Shown: positions 22,849-35,119 of the stretch, piece by piece | Layout of the letters: every line of letters begins with the position of its first letter | Numbering within the stretch: position 1 is the first letter of the stretch | From: Stegostoma tigrinum | Taxonomy: Eukaryota | Assembly (NCBI RefSeq): GCF_030684315.1 | Contig: NC_081382.1 | Coordinates: 15,854,592-15,918,591, forward strand | Reading direction: 5' to 3' | DNA length: 64,000 nt | Position numbers and translations under genes: made by a program | The notes under the pieces: generated by a model | Told to the model about the DNA's origin: nothing | Databases searched by the model: none | What the model saw: only the letters and a program-made list of their open reading frames with translations

Positions 22849-25800
22849 GAATAAACCTTGGTATTACGCCTCCATTCTGCATTACCCTTATAAATTGAGT
22901 AGTTTCCCCATAATGAAGTATTTAACTTTTGATCAATTTCAGCATCTTGATTAGACTACCCCTCAATCTTCAGTACTGAATATAATGCTATATTAACTGA
23001 TGCTGTTCTTGAATTAGCTGTTCAATGAAAGCAAGTTGTGGTTTTATTTCCTTTACTCACCCTTAGCAGACACTGCTTGCTAGTTTTTCTTTGTATAAGT
23101 AGCATTGATATCCTAAGTTCTTTATAATGGACATCTTCATTCTGTTACTGTAAGCAGCAGCCAAAACCCATAGTGCATTATTCTAAACACAAAGGCCTTC
23201 AGTTTCCTCCAAGGCCACATTCTGCAAGTTGTGGCCAAAATTTGCTGGACACTGCCCATAGACAATAATGAAAGTGCACTCAAGTTTCTATGAAAACCTT
23301 CTCTAAGTCTGTATGGTCATGCAGTGAGTAAGGTCAAAGCTGGGAAAATAAAAAAAACAGCATTTGGCCAATTCCCCAATTTATTCCTGTTCAATTCCTC
23401 TTTTCTGGGATGGGAGCTAACTGAGGTGATGGCATCCTGTCTGGCAACAGTAGGAATCTAATTATGGCATTTAATGAGATAATTTGCATCACATTTGCTA
23501 TTACAGCACCATCTTCTTAGTTTTGCTTAGTTTTTCCAAACCCTGCCATATCAGAATTCTGACATCTTGGAGGCAAGAGATTGGAAACACATGACATTTG
23601 GTATCCAATTAATTTGGTTACCAGAACTTTAAATGTACACTTCAAAAAAAGGGAAGGATGTTGCTGTATTCACTTATACTAGTATTCACTGGAGAGTGAT
23701 GTCTTTGACAGAGCTGAGAGTAATGGAATTTCCAAGGATATCTTACTACTGTTTCTGCTTGGGTCTCAGTAAGGCTCTTATAGCTGGAATAATAAGGATT
23801 TCCTTAATTTCCCTAGCAATAGTCTGTGAAATTCACGCCTCTGGAACACTTCTGCCATTCTTAATTGATTATCAAAAAATCAAAAACAACCTGCTAATCA
23901 GCCTCCTGTAAGATTTTAATAGCAGGCACACTGCTGTAACCAGTAGTTTGGAGTGTGAGTACAGATGTGACTTTCAAACACTTTCAAAGTGCTGAAGTTT
24001 CCAGCCTCTGGCTGTAGCAACTAGTTGTTTACTCGTCATCTCTCCAGATAGCTGTCTTCGTTCACTCCTCCAGCAAACCCAAGATGGGATGGCCAAAAGG
24101 TGAAATGTTCTTCAGGTTTCATTTTACTGATTAGTGATTTCTGCAGCAGGCATGTCTGGAGATTCATTTGAGTGTTGGTAACTGCTAATCGGCTGATCAC
24201 AACTGAATTCATCACACCTTGATGTTCAGATGAATCTGAGCAAGTTTCGGTGAATCTGACCAAGTCTAATTGGAAACTCACGTTTCAATCCTGGGAACAC
24301 CTATTTGATTTGCGGGCAGGGGTTGGTCCAGGTGAGAGATTCAACAACCAGATTTACAAAATTGTGACTACTTTGGTGCAAAGTTATTGTGGGAAGGTCT
24401 CATTGGCACCTCAAATATCTGTTATGCATTTGACATGGTCATATTTAGGTTAAGCTATTATCCATGTGGAAATCAAGTAGGAAGTTAGGGCCTTTGTTAC
24501 AAAGATTGCCATGTTTGGCCGGGGCCACTGCTGTTGTTGTTTCAACTTACATTTCCAAGAGTGGCATTTAATACCCTCCCCTTTTATGGCAGAGACCTTT
24601 TATTGGGCATGAAGGTTGTGGGTGAACCCTCACTGCTTTCTTGTCTCTGACTTAATTAAATCCCTGCCCAAGCCAGCATTCAAACTAGGTTCTTGGTCCT
24701 GGGTTTGGCCCATTTACCTGTAGTTAAGAGCCGGATTGGCACTTAATACAGTAGGATGTTCTGTAAGAGGACAACGTGGGGCACTCGCTGACTTTCTGAC
24801 CAGTGGGCAATGTCACCACTGCCACTATTATTAATTATGCCCTAAAGACTTGAAATACCATTGACACTGCAACATGATTATTGGGCTTCACCTAGACATT
24901 TTTTCCCAAGCATATGTCAAAATCCAAATGGAATACCTAATGGGCATTTCTGCATTTAATTAGCAGGTGCTCAGTGCAAGTTAAAATATTACTTTAAATT
25001 AGTTTTAGAGTAATATACTTGGCAAAATTGGTGCAAGCAACTGTAGTCATTCATTTACGCATAGAATTTCAAAAACAACTTAAAACTTTTCAGTTTACGC
25101 TTGCACATAAGGAATTTGAAGCACAGTTTGTACTTATATTGTTGACGAAAGTCATATCATCTTGTGTCAGAGTTGGCTGAAATTCTAGTGAATCCATGTT
25201 GTACAAGACTGTTCCGTATGAAGAGCATGTTAGGTTACACTGCTGTTCCAATTGGGATGACAGGCATCGTTAGTATTTGTGGTCATTACTGATTGGTCCC
25301 TCTTCTAATGCTTCCTTTTGTAATCACAAATTCAGTGTCAAAACTACATCTTGCTACATTGTGTGACCAACTGGGGGAAATGTTACCATGACACTGAGTT
25401 TCCTCTGCAAGTCCTTTGAAATCACAAAGAACAGAAAGGTACTTGGAGGATGTTGCATTTGAGCTTCTGAATTGAAAAGAACCACCCCAGATATTCCAAA
25501 CATTTAGATATTTCTGCATGATGAAAACTGAACTCTGAGATTTTTTAAAAGTAGCTTTGGAGCAGGTGAAAAATCTGGGAATGTTGTGCTTAACTCAAGG
25601 AACATGTACTTCAGAAGGTAGAGACTGCCAGTCCCATTATAACTGAACAACACAATATGTATCAGTTTTTAATAGGTACAGACTGACAACCACATAGTGC
25701 ACAGACCCAAGAGAGCTCCAGCTAATTGCACAGCTGCTCTAAGAAAGCAGGGCTCTTAATTGCATATGTTGGCACTTTTAGCAACTAACCAATCTTCAAA

Positions 25801-26444
25801 TGTTCCAGGGCAATGATCCCGCAGCACATTGTGGAATTTGAAATTTGTATTGCAGATACATTACCTTTTCCCTTTTCCTGCTGCAGAATATAGAGAAGTT
25901 CAGGCGCAGTTTAAAGTCTCTGAGGGACAATTCACAATAGAATATGCATGTTTTATATTGGACTACATCAGATGGGTTGGAATGATTTACTATACTTCAG
26001 CCTCCAGTTTTCTGAGAGATATGTTACTGCTGTTCTGAACTCGTGCTCTATTTATTAGGTAAAGTTGGTCCAGTTTACACACAAATTGAGGATTATTCAG
26101 TTTACGTAATTAGCTCAGTGCCGCAACCAGTAAGTAGGCAAGAAATCTTGAAAATTTTTTTCTTGATGAATATACAACGTTGCCTATGTATCATGTACCA
26201 TGAACATGTCATTGGAGCCCAAATACATGAATGACTGGAATTCCTTCCCTAAACCTCCCTGCCTCTCTTATTGTTTTTGCTTTCCATTATTCCTTAATCT
26301 ACCTGCTTGACAAGCATGGGTTGTTATAATATCTTGTGTGTCTTGGTGTTTTTTATTTTGTTTTCATATTACTTCTGTAAAGGGGCTTAGGAAGTTCTAC
26401 CATATCAAAAGCACTGTATAAATGGAATTTGATTTTGTTAAATT

Positions 26445-27420
26445 CGATTTATTGTTGTTACATGTACCTAAGTACAGAGAAAGGTTTTGTTTTGAGTGCT
26501 GTACAGGCAGATCGTATCATGCAAACACTATAGGATAATTGAACGGAATGAAGAAAACAAAGTAATGACTGCAAAGAAGGGGCACAAAAAAGCAACTTCA
26601 ACGTTAGATTTGAAATTTGAGAGATCTATTCAGAAGTCTAATAACAGTGGGGAAGAAACTGTTCTTGAATCTGTTGGTGCATGTGTTTAAGCTTTTGTGT
26701 CTTCTGCCTGACGGGTTTTGAAGTCATTATAACCAGGGTAGGAGGGGCCTTTGATGATGTTGGCTTCTTCTCCGAGGCAGTGAGAAGTACAGACAGAGTC
26801 AGTGAATGGAAGGTTGGTTTGCATAATGGACTGGGCTATGTGCACAACTCTCTGTAGTTTCCCACGGTTCTGGGAAGAACAGTTGCCATACCAAGCTGTG
26901 ATGCATCCAGATAGAATGCTTTCTATGGTGGGTGTATAAAATTTGGTGAGAGTCCTTATGAACATGCCAAATTTCCTTAGCTTGCTGAGGAAGTGGAGGT
27001 GTTGTTGTGCCTTCTTGACCATCACATTAACGTGGGTGGAAGAGGACAGATTGTTGATGATTGTCACTCTCAGGAGCTTGATGCTCTCAACTATCTCCCT
27101 CTAAGTACCATTGATGTAGATCGGGGCATGCCCTCCTCCTTGCTGCCTGAAGCCAATGATCAACTCTGTCATGTTGCTGTCATTAAGGAGAGATTGTTAT
27201 CTTTACACCATGCCACCGAGCACACCATTTCTTCCCTGTATTCTGTCGACTTATTGTTTGATATCCAACCTACAACAGTGGTGTCATCAGCGAGCTGGTA
27301 GATGAAGTTCAGATGAAATTTACTCACACAGTCATGAGTACACAGCGAGTACAGTAGGGCAGAGTACACATCTTTGTGGGATACTGGTGTTGAGGATTGT
27401 TGTGGAGGAAATGCTATTGT
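26445..27420 (-). mobile_element. Rex1/Babar-type LINE RT fragment
   Basis: LADDTTVVGWISNN...WCKDNNLSL and KKAQQHLHFLSKLRKFGM...IESILSGCITAWYGNCS, with frameshifts. Confidence 0.85.
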
Positions 27421-27863
27421 TTACTTTTTATTGTTGTTCTTACTGTTGCAGAGTGTGGTCACCTTTAGTTTATCTCTCTTTTTGCAGTAGTAGTGGGAAA
27501 GGTAGAAATCATCGTCACTGATTTGTTATGCTTCACTTTTTCTTGGGCAACTCAAAGAACTGTGATAGAGAAATGAGAATTTGACAAATGAGAGTCAGTT
27601 TTCAGACACTGATCTTCCAATGTACAAAGATGATGGACAGCCAGTGGTGAAGCTCTACATCTGATTGAAGATTTATTAGGAGAGGTAATGAAGAATTCTG
27701 ATGCCATGAAATATTTTGACACTTATTTTGAATGGTTGCTTTGGTGGGAGGCAGGAAATTAATGAAGACATTTTCAGTGGTGGGATTCAGGAAATTCATA
27801 GAGACAGTTTCAGATCATCAAAAGGAAACTCTGTATAGGTTCTTGCACATAAAATAGAAGAAG

Positions 27864-28220
27864 GGGGTGGCACGATGGCTCAGTGTTTAGCATTGCTCCC
27901 TCACACTACTAAGGATTCGGTTTTGACTCCACCCTTGGGCAACTATCTATGTGGAGCTTGCTTGATCTCCCTGTGTCTGTGTGGGTTTCTTCCTGGTGCT
28001 CCAGTTTCCTCCCACAGTCTAAAAGTGTGCAGGTTAAGTGGATTAGCCATACTAAATTGTCCATCGTGCCCAGGGATATGCAAGCTAAATGGATTAGCCA
28101 TGGGAAATGTGGGGTTACAGAGATAGGATAGGGGGATTGATCTGAGTGGAATGCTCTTCAGAAGGTTGGTGTGGACTTGATGGGTCAAATGGCCTGCTGC
28201 CAAAGTGTGGGGATTCTAAG
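27864..28220 (+). mobile_element. HE1-like V-SINE
   Basis: tRNA head GGTGGCACGATGGCTCAGTG, V-domain TGTGGAGCTTGC...TGCTCCAGTTTCCTCCCACAGTC, CR1-like tail GATGGGTCAAATGGCCTG...GATTCTA. Confidence 0.85.
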
Positions 28221-28283
28221 AGAATGCAATGGTCCAACGTTTGCAGTCAAAAGTTGTGTGAGGCTAATATCATCTGTTAAGTA

Positions 28284-28460
28284 AAAACTGAAAGAACTAT
28301 GAATGCTGTAAATCATAAACAAAAACAAAAGTTACTGGGAAAGCTCAGCAGGTCTGGCAGCATGTCTTGTTCTAAGGAAGAGTCACTGGACCTGAAACGT
28401 TAACTCTGATTTGTCTTCACAGATGCTGCCAGATCTTCAACGACTTCTGTTTTTGTTTCT
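28284..28460. mobile_element. Head-to-head inverted PLE derivative (family 2)
   Basis: Minus arm 28284-28363 carries the full tail. The plus arm from about 28370 reads CTAAGGA-A-GAGTCACTGGACCT-GAAAC-GTT...AGATGCTGCCAGA and ends early. No clean TSD. Confidence 0.7.
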
Positions 28461-29428
28461 AATAATAGTTGGCGTTGCTTTTGTACAGTTTTGACAGACA
28501 TTTAGGCAGAAACAGATGTGCTGTTCAACTCAGAGATCTCAAAGTTGTTGCTTGAGATGTGCTGCTCTGATTTAACAAAAGTGGTATTTCATTGTCTGAT
28601 TCCTCACTGAAATGTATTGAATGGAGTGAGGTTGCTGACTGGAATTTTGTGCTTCTACTGCCAGTGGAAAATGAGGCCATGCTCAATTGTGCAGAAGATG
28701 AAACGTCAGCTCCTGGTGAGGGAATGATGCTAGAGTTGTGGCAGGTTGAAGGCTGATTTGAGGTCCACAATAGCAAGAACCTGTTTGTACTGTATTAGCA
28801 TGACATTCAAACTCGTTGCAGCTCTATTCGCCGGATTAAATGATGCAATAGTCTCTGCGGCAAACAAGAAACACATGCCTTCAAATCCACAGTGAGTTAT
28901 TAATGGCTTGCAGCAGGCAGGCTGATGTTCTTGGTGGAATTTGATTGAGTAGGAGCTACTTTTCTTTCATGGGTAGTTTTGTTGGTGCACAAGAGAAGAG
29001 ACAGTGGTGCACTGAATTTGGATAGCACCATGGTAAGGACTTGATGCAAGGGTGAACGCTGATGGGAGGAAAGTCAATGGTGGCTGAGGGAGTGTGCACA
29101 GCACAGATTCAAGTTTCAGGGTCAATATTGGAATGTTAAGGGACAGCTGCAACAACACAAGGAGGTGTTTGAAGTATAGATCAAGAATGGACATTACCAT
29201 AGTAAGATGGATGGTGCCTTGGACATGGGCAATGCAAATTACAGGCCCTATGTGTTTGAAAGGTTCTCAGCTCAGGAGGAAAGGTAGCCTGAAGCTAACA
29301 TTGTAAAATGACTTTCTGCTGCTCCCAAACATTCTGGGAGACAACTTGTGAGAAGGCACTGTTGAACCTTGCCCACTTGTTTTCTGCTCAGGGATATCAC
29401 TCCACAATGGGTAGTAAAAGCAGCTGTC

Positions 29429-29430
<2 letters not shown>

Positions 29431-29510
<80 letters not shown>
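29431..29510. repeat. (TG)n microsatellite, about 40 units
   Basis: Perfect TG run. Confidence 0.99.
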
Positions 29511-29511
<1 letters not shown>

Positions 29512-29599
29512 CAAGGGTGGAGACATGAAGAGGTAGGTGTAGGAGTTATCAGTGTAGGGATAATGGGACGACTCTAGCAGAAATATTAGTCTCAAGGTG

Positions 29600-30100
29600 A
29601 TAAAATGTGAGGCTGGATGAACACAGCAGGCCCAGCAGCATCTCAGGAGCACAAAAGCTGACGTTTCAGGCCTAGACCCTTCATCAGAGAGGGGGATGGG
29701 GAGAGGGTTCTGGAATAAATAGGGAGAGAGGGGGACGTGGACTGAAGATGGAGAGAAAAGAAGATAGGTGGAGAGGAGAGTATAGGTGGGGAGGTAGGGA
29801 GGGGATAGGTCAGTCCAGGGAAGACGGACAGGTCAAGGAGGTGGGATGAGGTTAGTAGGTAGGAAATGGAGGTGCGGCCTGGGGTGGGAGGAAGGGATGG
29901 GTGAGAGGAAGAACAGGTTAGGGAGGCAGAGACAGGCTGGGCTGGTTTTGGGATGCAGTGGGTGGAGGGGAAGAGCTGGGCTGGTTGTGTGGTGCAGTGG
30001 GGGGAGGGGACGAACTGGGCTGGTTTTGGGATGCGGTGGGGGAAGGGGAGATTTTGAAGCTGGTGAAGTCCACATTGATACCATTGGGCTGCAGGGTTGC
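29600..30100 (-). mobile_element. 5'-truncated PLE (ORF C-terminus + 3' UTR), short-type 3' end
   Basis: LQPNGINVDFTSFKISPSPT; hammerhead core at 29660-29687. Perfect 12-bp TSD AGTCTCAAGGTG (29588-29599, 30101-30112). Confidence 0.95.
29658..29689 (-). ncRNA. Minimal hammerhead ribozyme motif, near intact
   Basis: CU-CUGAUGA-A-GGGUCUAGGCCU-GAAAC-GUC-AG. Confidence 0.75.
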
Positions 30101-31593
30101 AGTCTCAAGGTGCTCAGTCACACAACCAGACTGATGCTAGAAATAAATACCAGTCCAGTTGCCTTTTTAAGTATGGCTCATGGACTTTCAACGTGATGAG
30201 GTAACCGTGGGGTGTTTGAACCCTTGCCCACCTTCTTGACTGATGGACTGGGCGTCAATATCTAATTAGCTGCTCCATTATGTGATTATGCATTGCAACC
30301 TTCCCACCTGCAATCTGACATTCAGTACACTTCTGGTCCCACTATCACAAAATCTCACGTTGCACGTCAATTTTAGCAATTGGTTTTGTATGGTAGATAC
30401 CAAAGACATTCACAAAAGATTAATTCACATCAGTTTTAGTTTAACTATCCTTTAAATTTAAAGAGTTTATTGCTATTACACCAAACAGCCTGTCTGGATT
30501 TGAAAATGAACCATTATAGATATGTAGTCTCAATCTTTTCGCTTTTAATTGCTTTCATAGATTTGGAAAAAAAGAACTTTTTTCTCAGTCTTAGATCAAA
30601 GTTTATTTTACTTTTCTTTCTGTCTCTTTTTCCTTGCTTGATCTAATTTTCACTTCCCTTAATTCTCCTTCCATCTCAATTATATCACCCTTTATCTCAG
30701 TCTTCAAGTTGTAAATTTCACAATGGTTTGATCTGATTGGTAATGGAGATAGTCATTTGCATGCTCTATGCCTTGGATCCCAGATACTTGGTTGCCTTTT
30801 GCTGTGCTATTCTTAGCTCATAGTTTCTACAACTTTCCATAGAAAGAATAACGAATCAACACATGCAAGAGCAAATCCATCCTTTTTTAAATTAAATATC
30901 ATTCACAGGCTGTGAGTATCACAGGCTGGGTGAGCATTTATGGCCCATTCCTAGTTGCCCTTGAGAAGATGGCAGAGAGCTGCCAATAGCAGAAGTCAAT
31001 AGATGTAGTTCTACAACAAATTACTGGAAACTCCTTTCTACAGGAATTCAGCCACAGTGTCCAGAATATAAGAGCAATGAATGAGATTGACTGGTTAGAA
31101 TAACAACATCCTGTTATTATTTCAAGAGTGGAGTAATGTTAATGTTGTCTTGAAATCCCAATAAATTTAAATTGCACCTATAAACTGGGGTACATATGCA
31201 TATAAATATTTATTGTATTTCAGGCAGCTGATTCCATTGCAGCTCCTAGACAAAATAAAGCACTACAATTCTTGTTGAGCTACAACATCAACTGTAACAA
31301 GATACAGCATGAGTATTGATTAGGTCAAATCTAGGGTTGTTACAAAATAAAACTCAAGCAGAGTACTGAAAGTATGGTGGAAAAGTATGATTTAAAATGT
31401 TAAGAGAATAAAGAAAGCTATACCAGCATTGGCAAAATCATGTGCAGGACGTTTTAAGAAATGTAAGAGTTACAAAATGCATAAAAAGAAATTTTCTCAC
31501 TGGAATGTTGAAGTAGTTTATGCAGGATTCCGGCAGAGATTGTTAGGTCGCACAAAAAATAAACACAGTGATTGAGAGGTGTTGAAATTGTTA

Positions 31594-31726
31594 CAGAGAT
31601 AGTAGGAACTGCCGATGCTGGAGAATCTGAGATAACGCAGTGTGAAGCTGGATGAACGCAGCAGGCCAAGCAGCATCAGAGGAGCAGGAAAGTTTGACGT
31701 TTCGGGTCGAGGCCCTTCTTCAGAAA
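31594..31726 (-). mobile_element. Short PLE derivative with fully intact hammerhead core and full tail
   Basis: UUU-CUGAAGA-A-GGGCCUCGACCC-GAAAC-GUC-AAA (core 31696-31723), then tail to CCTACTATCTCT. Confidence 0.85.
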
Positions 31727-32099
31727 TTTCACAGTGCTTGAAAGGCTAGTGATAGATAAAATAGCACTGAAAATAATTGGTGGAACTTTTCCAAAAGTGG
31801 AAAAGGCACCATGCCACATTAGCTTGCACTCCAGAATTCTGAGGCAAATCGGAAAGGAACTACTCAAGACCCTGAACACAGTATTACAAAAAATCCATGA
31901 ATGTGTAAAGCATGTACAAATGTAGCATGTATCATTGAGAAAGAACACTTCATTGCCAGGTCATAAATTTGTGTATAAATGCAAGTTTTTGCAGGTTAGT
32001 TAAAAGACAAGAATCTATACTAGTTTAAAAAACAAAGATGAGACTGTGAACATCCTTCATGGGTTAATGCTCGCACTATGGTTTTGCAGGGAGCTTATA

Positions 32100-32560
32100 A
32101 ATAATCTGTAATTTTGTTTAAGGGACGCAGTATCAAAATTGCAGCTGATACCAAAGAAGTGAACATGATTAATTATGAAGAGAAGTTAAGAAGGTCAAAG
32201 ACTGTTGGTGAGTATAACATAGAGATAGCTAATGACATTTGGGGACAAATGAGAGGTGAAGCACTTTGTAAATAAATTTTCATGAGTTGGTGAAACCTAA
32301 AGCAGAAGCATTATACTCAGAAATCCATTTTCAAAACTTGGTGGACAAATGGTTAAGAAATCATATAGCACCCTTGAGATTCTACATACAGGCATAAGGT
32401 AAAGAGTCAAAGCAACATTTCTAATTCTATGCAAATTATTGATTAAACTGCAACTAGAATGCTGTGCCAATTTTGGAAATTTTCCTTTAAGAAGGATGTT
32501 AAAACCAGGAAAGGTGTGCAGAAGATGATGCCACAGATAAGATGCCAGTGGAACAGAGTA
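32100..32560 (+). mobile_element. Highly decayed CR1 RT fragment
   Basis: ATCAAAATTGCAGCTGATACCAAA (FADDTK-like), AAGCACTTTG, CTAGAATGCTGTGCCAATTTTGG (LEYC.QFW-like). Confidence 0.55.
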
Positions 32561-33567
32561 AATTTGAATAATGAGTTACAAGTTTTCTTCCAGCACTGCT
32601 GGCCATCTTTTTGGTTGTGTGAAATGCCACTGATCCAGGCTTAGACTGCTGATGTGGCCTACTCTGGTGGTCTACAGGAAATTTGATGGCCCTCCATGCT
32701 ACCCGTCTAGATCCCTTTCACCTGTGTGGCTTGCCAGCTTCCCTTTCTGGAATGTGTCCTTGTCAAGTGGGGTAGCACCAACTGCTAGTTTACAGGATTT
32801 AAACTAATGCACAGTTGAGATTTCAATATGGCACAGACACAATGAATAGCACAAGATCTTGGCAACAGTGAGCACTTCTGCTTCTGCTACTGCATGATTG
32901 GACAGTAAGGAATCTGCAGAGGCTGAATGCATAGTAATTTTGTGACCAGTGGATGAATAGGGAGAACAATCGCTGGGAGCCAGGGCAGGAATTCACCATG
33001 AAACTTCCTGAAAATAACTCGTCACCAAAAATATGTGGAAATTCAACCCTTTGTGCCAATTTGAATCATCTTCAAAATTAAGAAGTGATTCACTTATGAG
33101 ATTGTGTGAACCGTTGAGCAAAGATATTGGTTCTGCAAGATATAAAGAAAATATGCGCACATTTCCTACTTTAAGAAATACCTCTGATTAGAAGGCGTAT
33201 GCATGATGGTCAAGTTGGCAAATTGAACCATCATTTCACACAGTGTAAGACCCAGCAAGCTGATACCAAAGAAGTGGATATGATTAAGTATGAAAAAAAA
33301 TTAAGAAGGCCACAGACAGGTTGGTGAATAGAACATATAGATAGCTAATGGTAAATGATCGCCTACTCCCTGGTGATTTTAGCTGAGAAAGAAACATTGA
33401 CCAGAGGCAACATTTCCTGGTTTTCAGTTTAGCAAATTTGTTTAGCAAATACAAACCCAGGGAGCCAAGCAGTCTCATTGTTCCCTGAATTTAAGCCGAT
33501 TAGTCCACCACCTAGTTTCCCAAGGAGACATTTCTTGGCAATGTTTGGCATCTCCATAAACATAGAT

Positions 33568-33856
33568 CATAGAACCCCACCTTGTGGGAGCAGGCCATTC
33601 AGCCTATCAAACCCCCACCAACCCCCTGAAGAGCATTGCACCCAGGCCCACTCCCTTCTATGCTGTAACTCTGCACTTCTCCATCCCTGGGCACTATAGC
33701 ATGGCGAATCTGCCTACCCTACACATCTTTGGACTATGGGAGAAAACCCAAGCACACATGGCAGAGAATGTGCAAATTCCGCTCAAACAGTTGCTTGAAG
33801 GTGGAATCGAACCCAGGTCCATCACACTGTGGTGCAACAGTGCTAACCACTGATCC
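33568..33856 (-). mobile_element. HE1-like V-SINE
   Basis: Reverse complement gives CAGTGGTTAGCACTGTTGCACCACAG...GGGTTCGATTCC...TTCTCCCATAGTCCAAAGATGTG. Confidence 0.85.
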
Positions 33857-35119
33857 CCCATTCTGTTGCTTTGTACTGAGCCCGCAGCAGTGTAGCTTGC
33901 CTGCAAAAGGGCCCTAACTTTCTCTTCTTGTGGTTCAAAGTCTGCCATTCAGTCGATGGATTTATCAATGACCTATAAGCAATAGGTTAAAAATAATAAA
34001 GATCAAGTAATGTGATAACTGAATAAGCAGCTGATATTTCCGATTGATCTAAATTGAAAGGCTTACCTCACTATTCCATTTTATAAAGTCTTTGAGAAAA
34101 AAGTGGCCCTGATAATTTTGAAAGTTTATTATTATGATGCATTTTGATGTTGAAATTGTTTTTCAAACTTAGATGTTCAGAAAGCATCTGCTTTAAAAGA
34201 GTTAGTCAATCTGGACTTAAACTTTTATAAATTATGGATCTATGCATTAAAATTGATGGTTTCTGAGCCATGTGTTGCTCAGAGCTATGCTCATATGTGC
34301 AAGAAGATGTAAAAAGTTTGCAAAATTTGCAACTTTAGCGACTCGATAATACTAACTTACTTTTATTGTATTTATTTTATCAATTTTACATCTTGATACA
34401 TATTTTGTGAAAACATTATATATGCTGTACCATCTATTTGAGGGACAAGTCTTCTAGTTGCTTAGCATACTGTGTATAATGAGGACTTACAATTTTCCCT
34501 CCTTTTCTCTGGAAATTTCCATCAAGATATTACAGCCTTGACCACAGTTTCAAGTATTTCAGTGGCTGTGAAATACTTTAGGAAGTCCTTATCTGTGAAA
34601 TATACTTTATTTGTGACTTTCATTTCATTTTGGCTGTAGTGAAGGTGAAATCTTGCTCTGTCATGCTGCTTTAAAAAATATCAACCAATTGTTACAAAAA
34701 TGAAAATCAAATGTAAACGAGAGCACAAAAATAGGAAGGCTTGCATTTATAAAACACATTGTTTTGTCCAAATCTTGTTTCAAAGCGCAGAATCTTGTAA
34801 GGGTCCGAGTGACATGGGCTATGATGAAATTTGTTGCAGAGTCGAATGAGATGCCTGATAAGGCCTGTCTTGACAGTGGAAGCATCTTGCTCTAACTTTT
34901 ATATTTCACCTCACCTGCGAGGCGAGTTTCTACCTAGGCAGCAGTGAGTTGTCAATTAAGGATAATTATAGTTTAGAGCCATAAAGAGAGAGAGTGAGAC
35001 ACAAAGAGAGTGATAGAAATTGACAGGACAGAAAAAGCCCATTGCATCCATGCCAGTCAAAAATAACCACCTAACTATTCTAATTCTATTTTCCAGCACC
35101 TGGCTCAGCTGCCTTTAGT

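Noticed and set aside
28740-28782. VLAIVDLKSAF, similar to RT motif A
   Set aside because: A stop follows within a few codons and no other RT motifs are nearby.
29272-29652. (HT)n and (CV)n repeat ORFs
   Set aside because: Translations of the (TG)n microsatellite.
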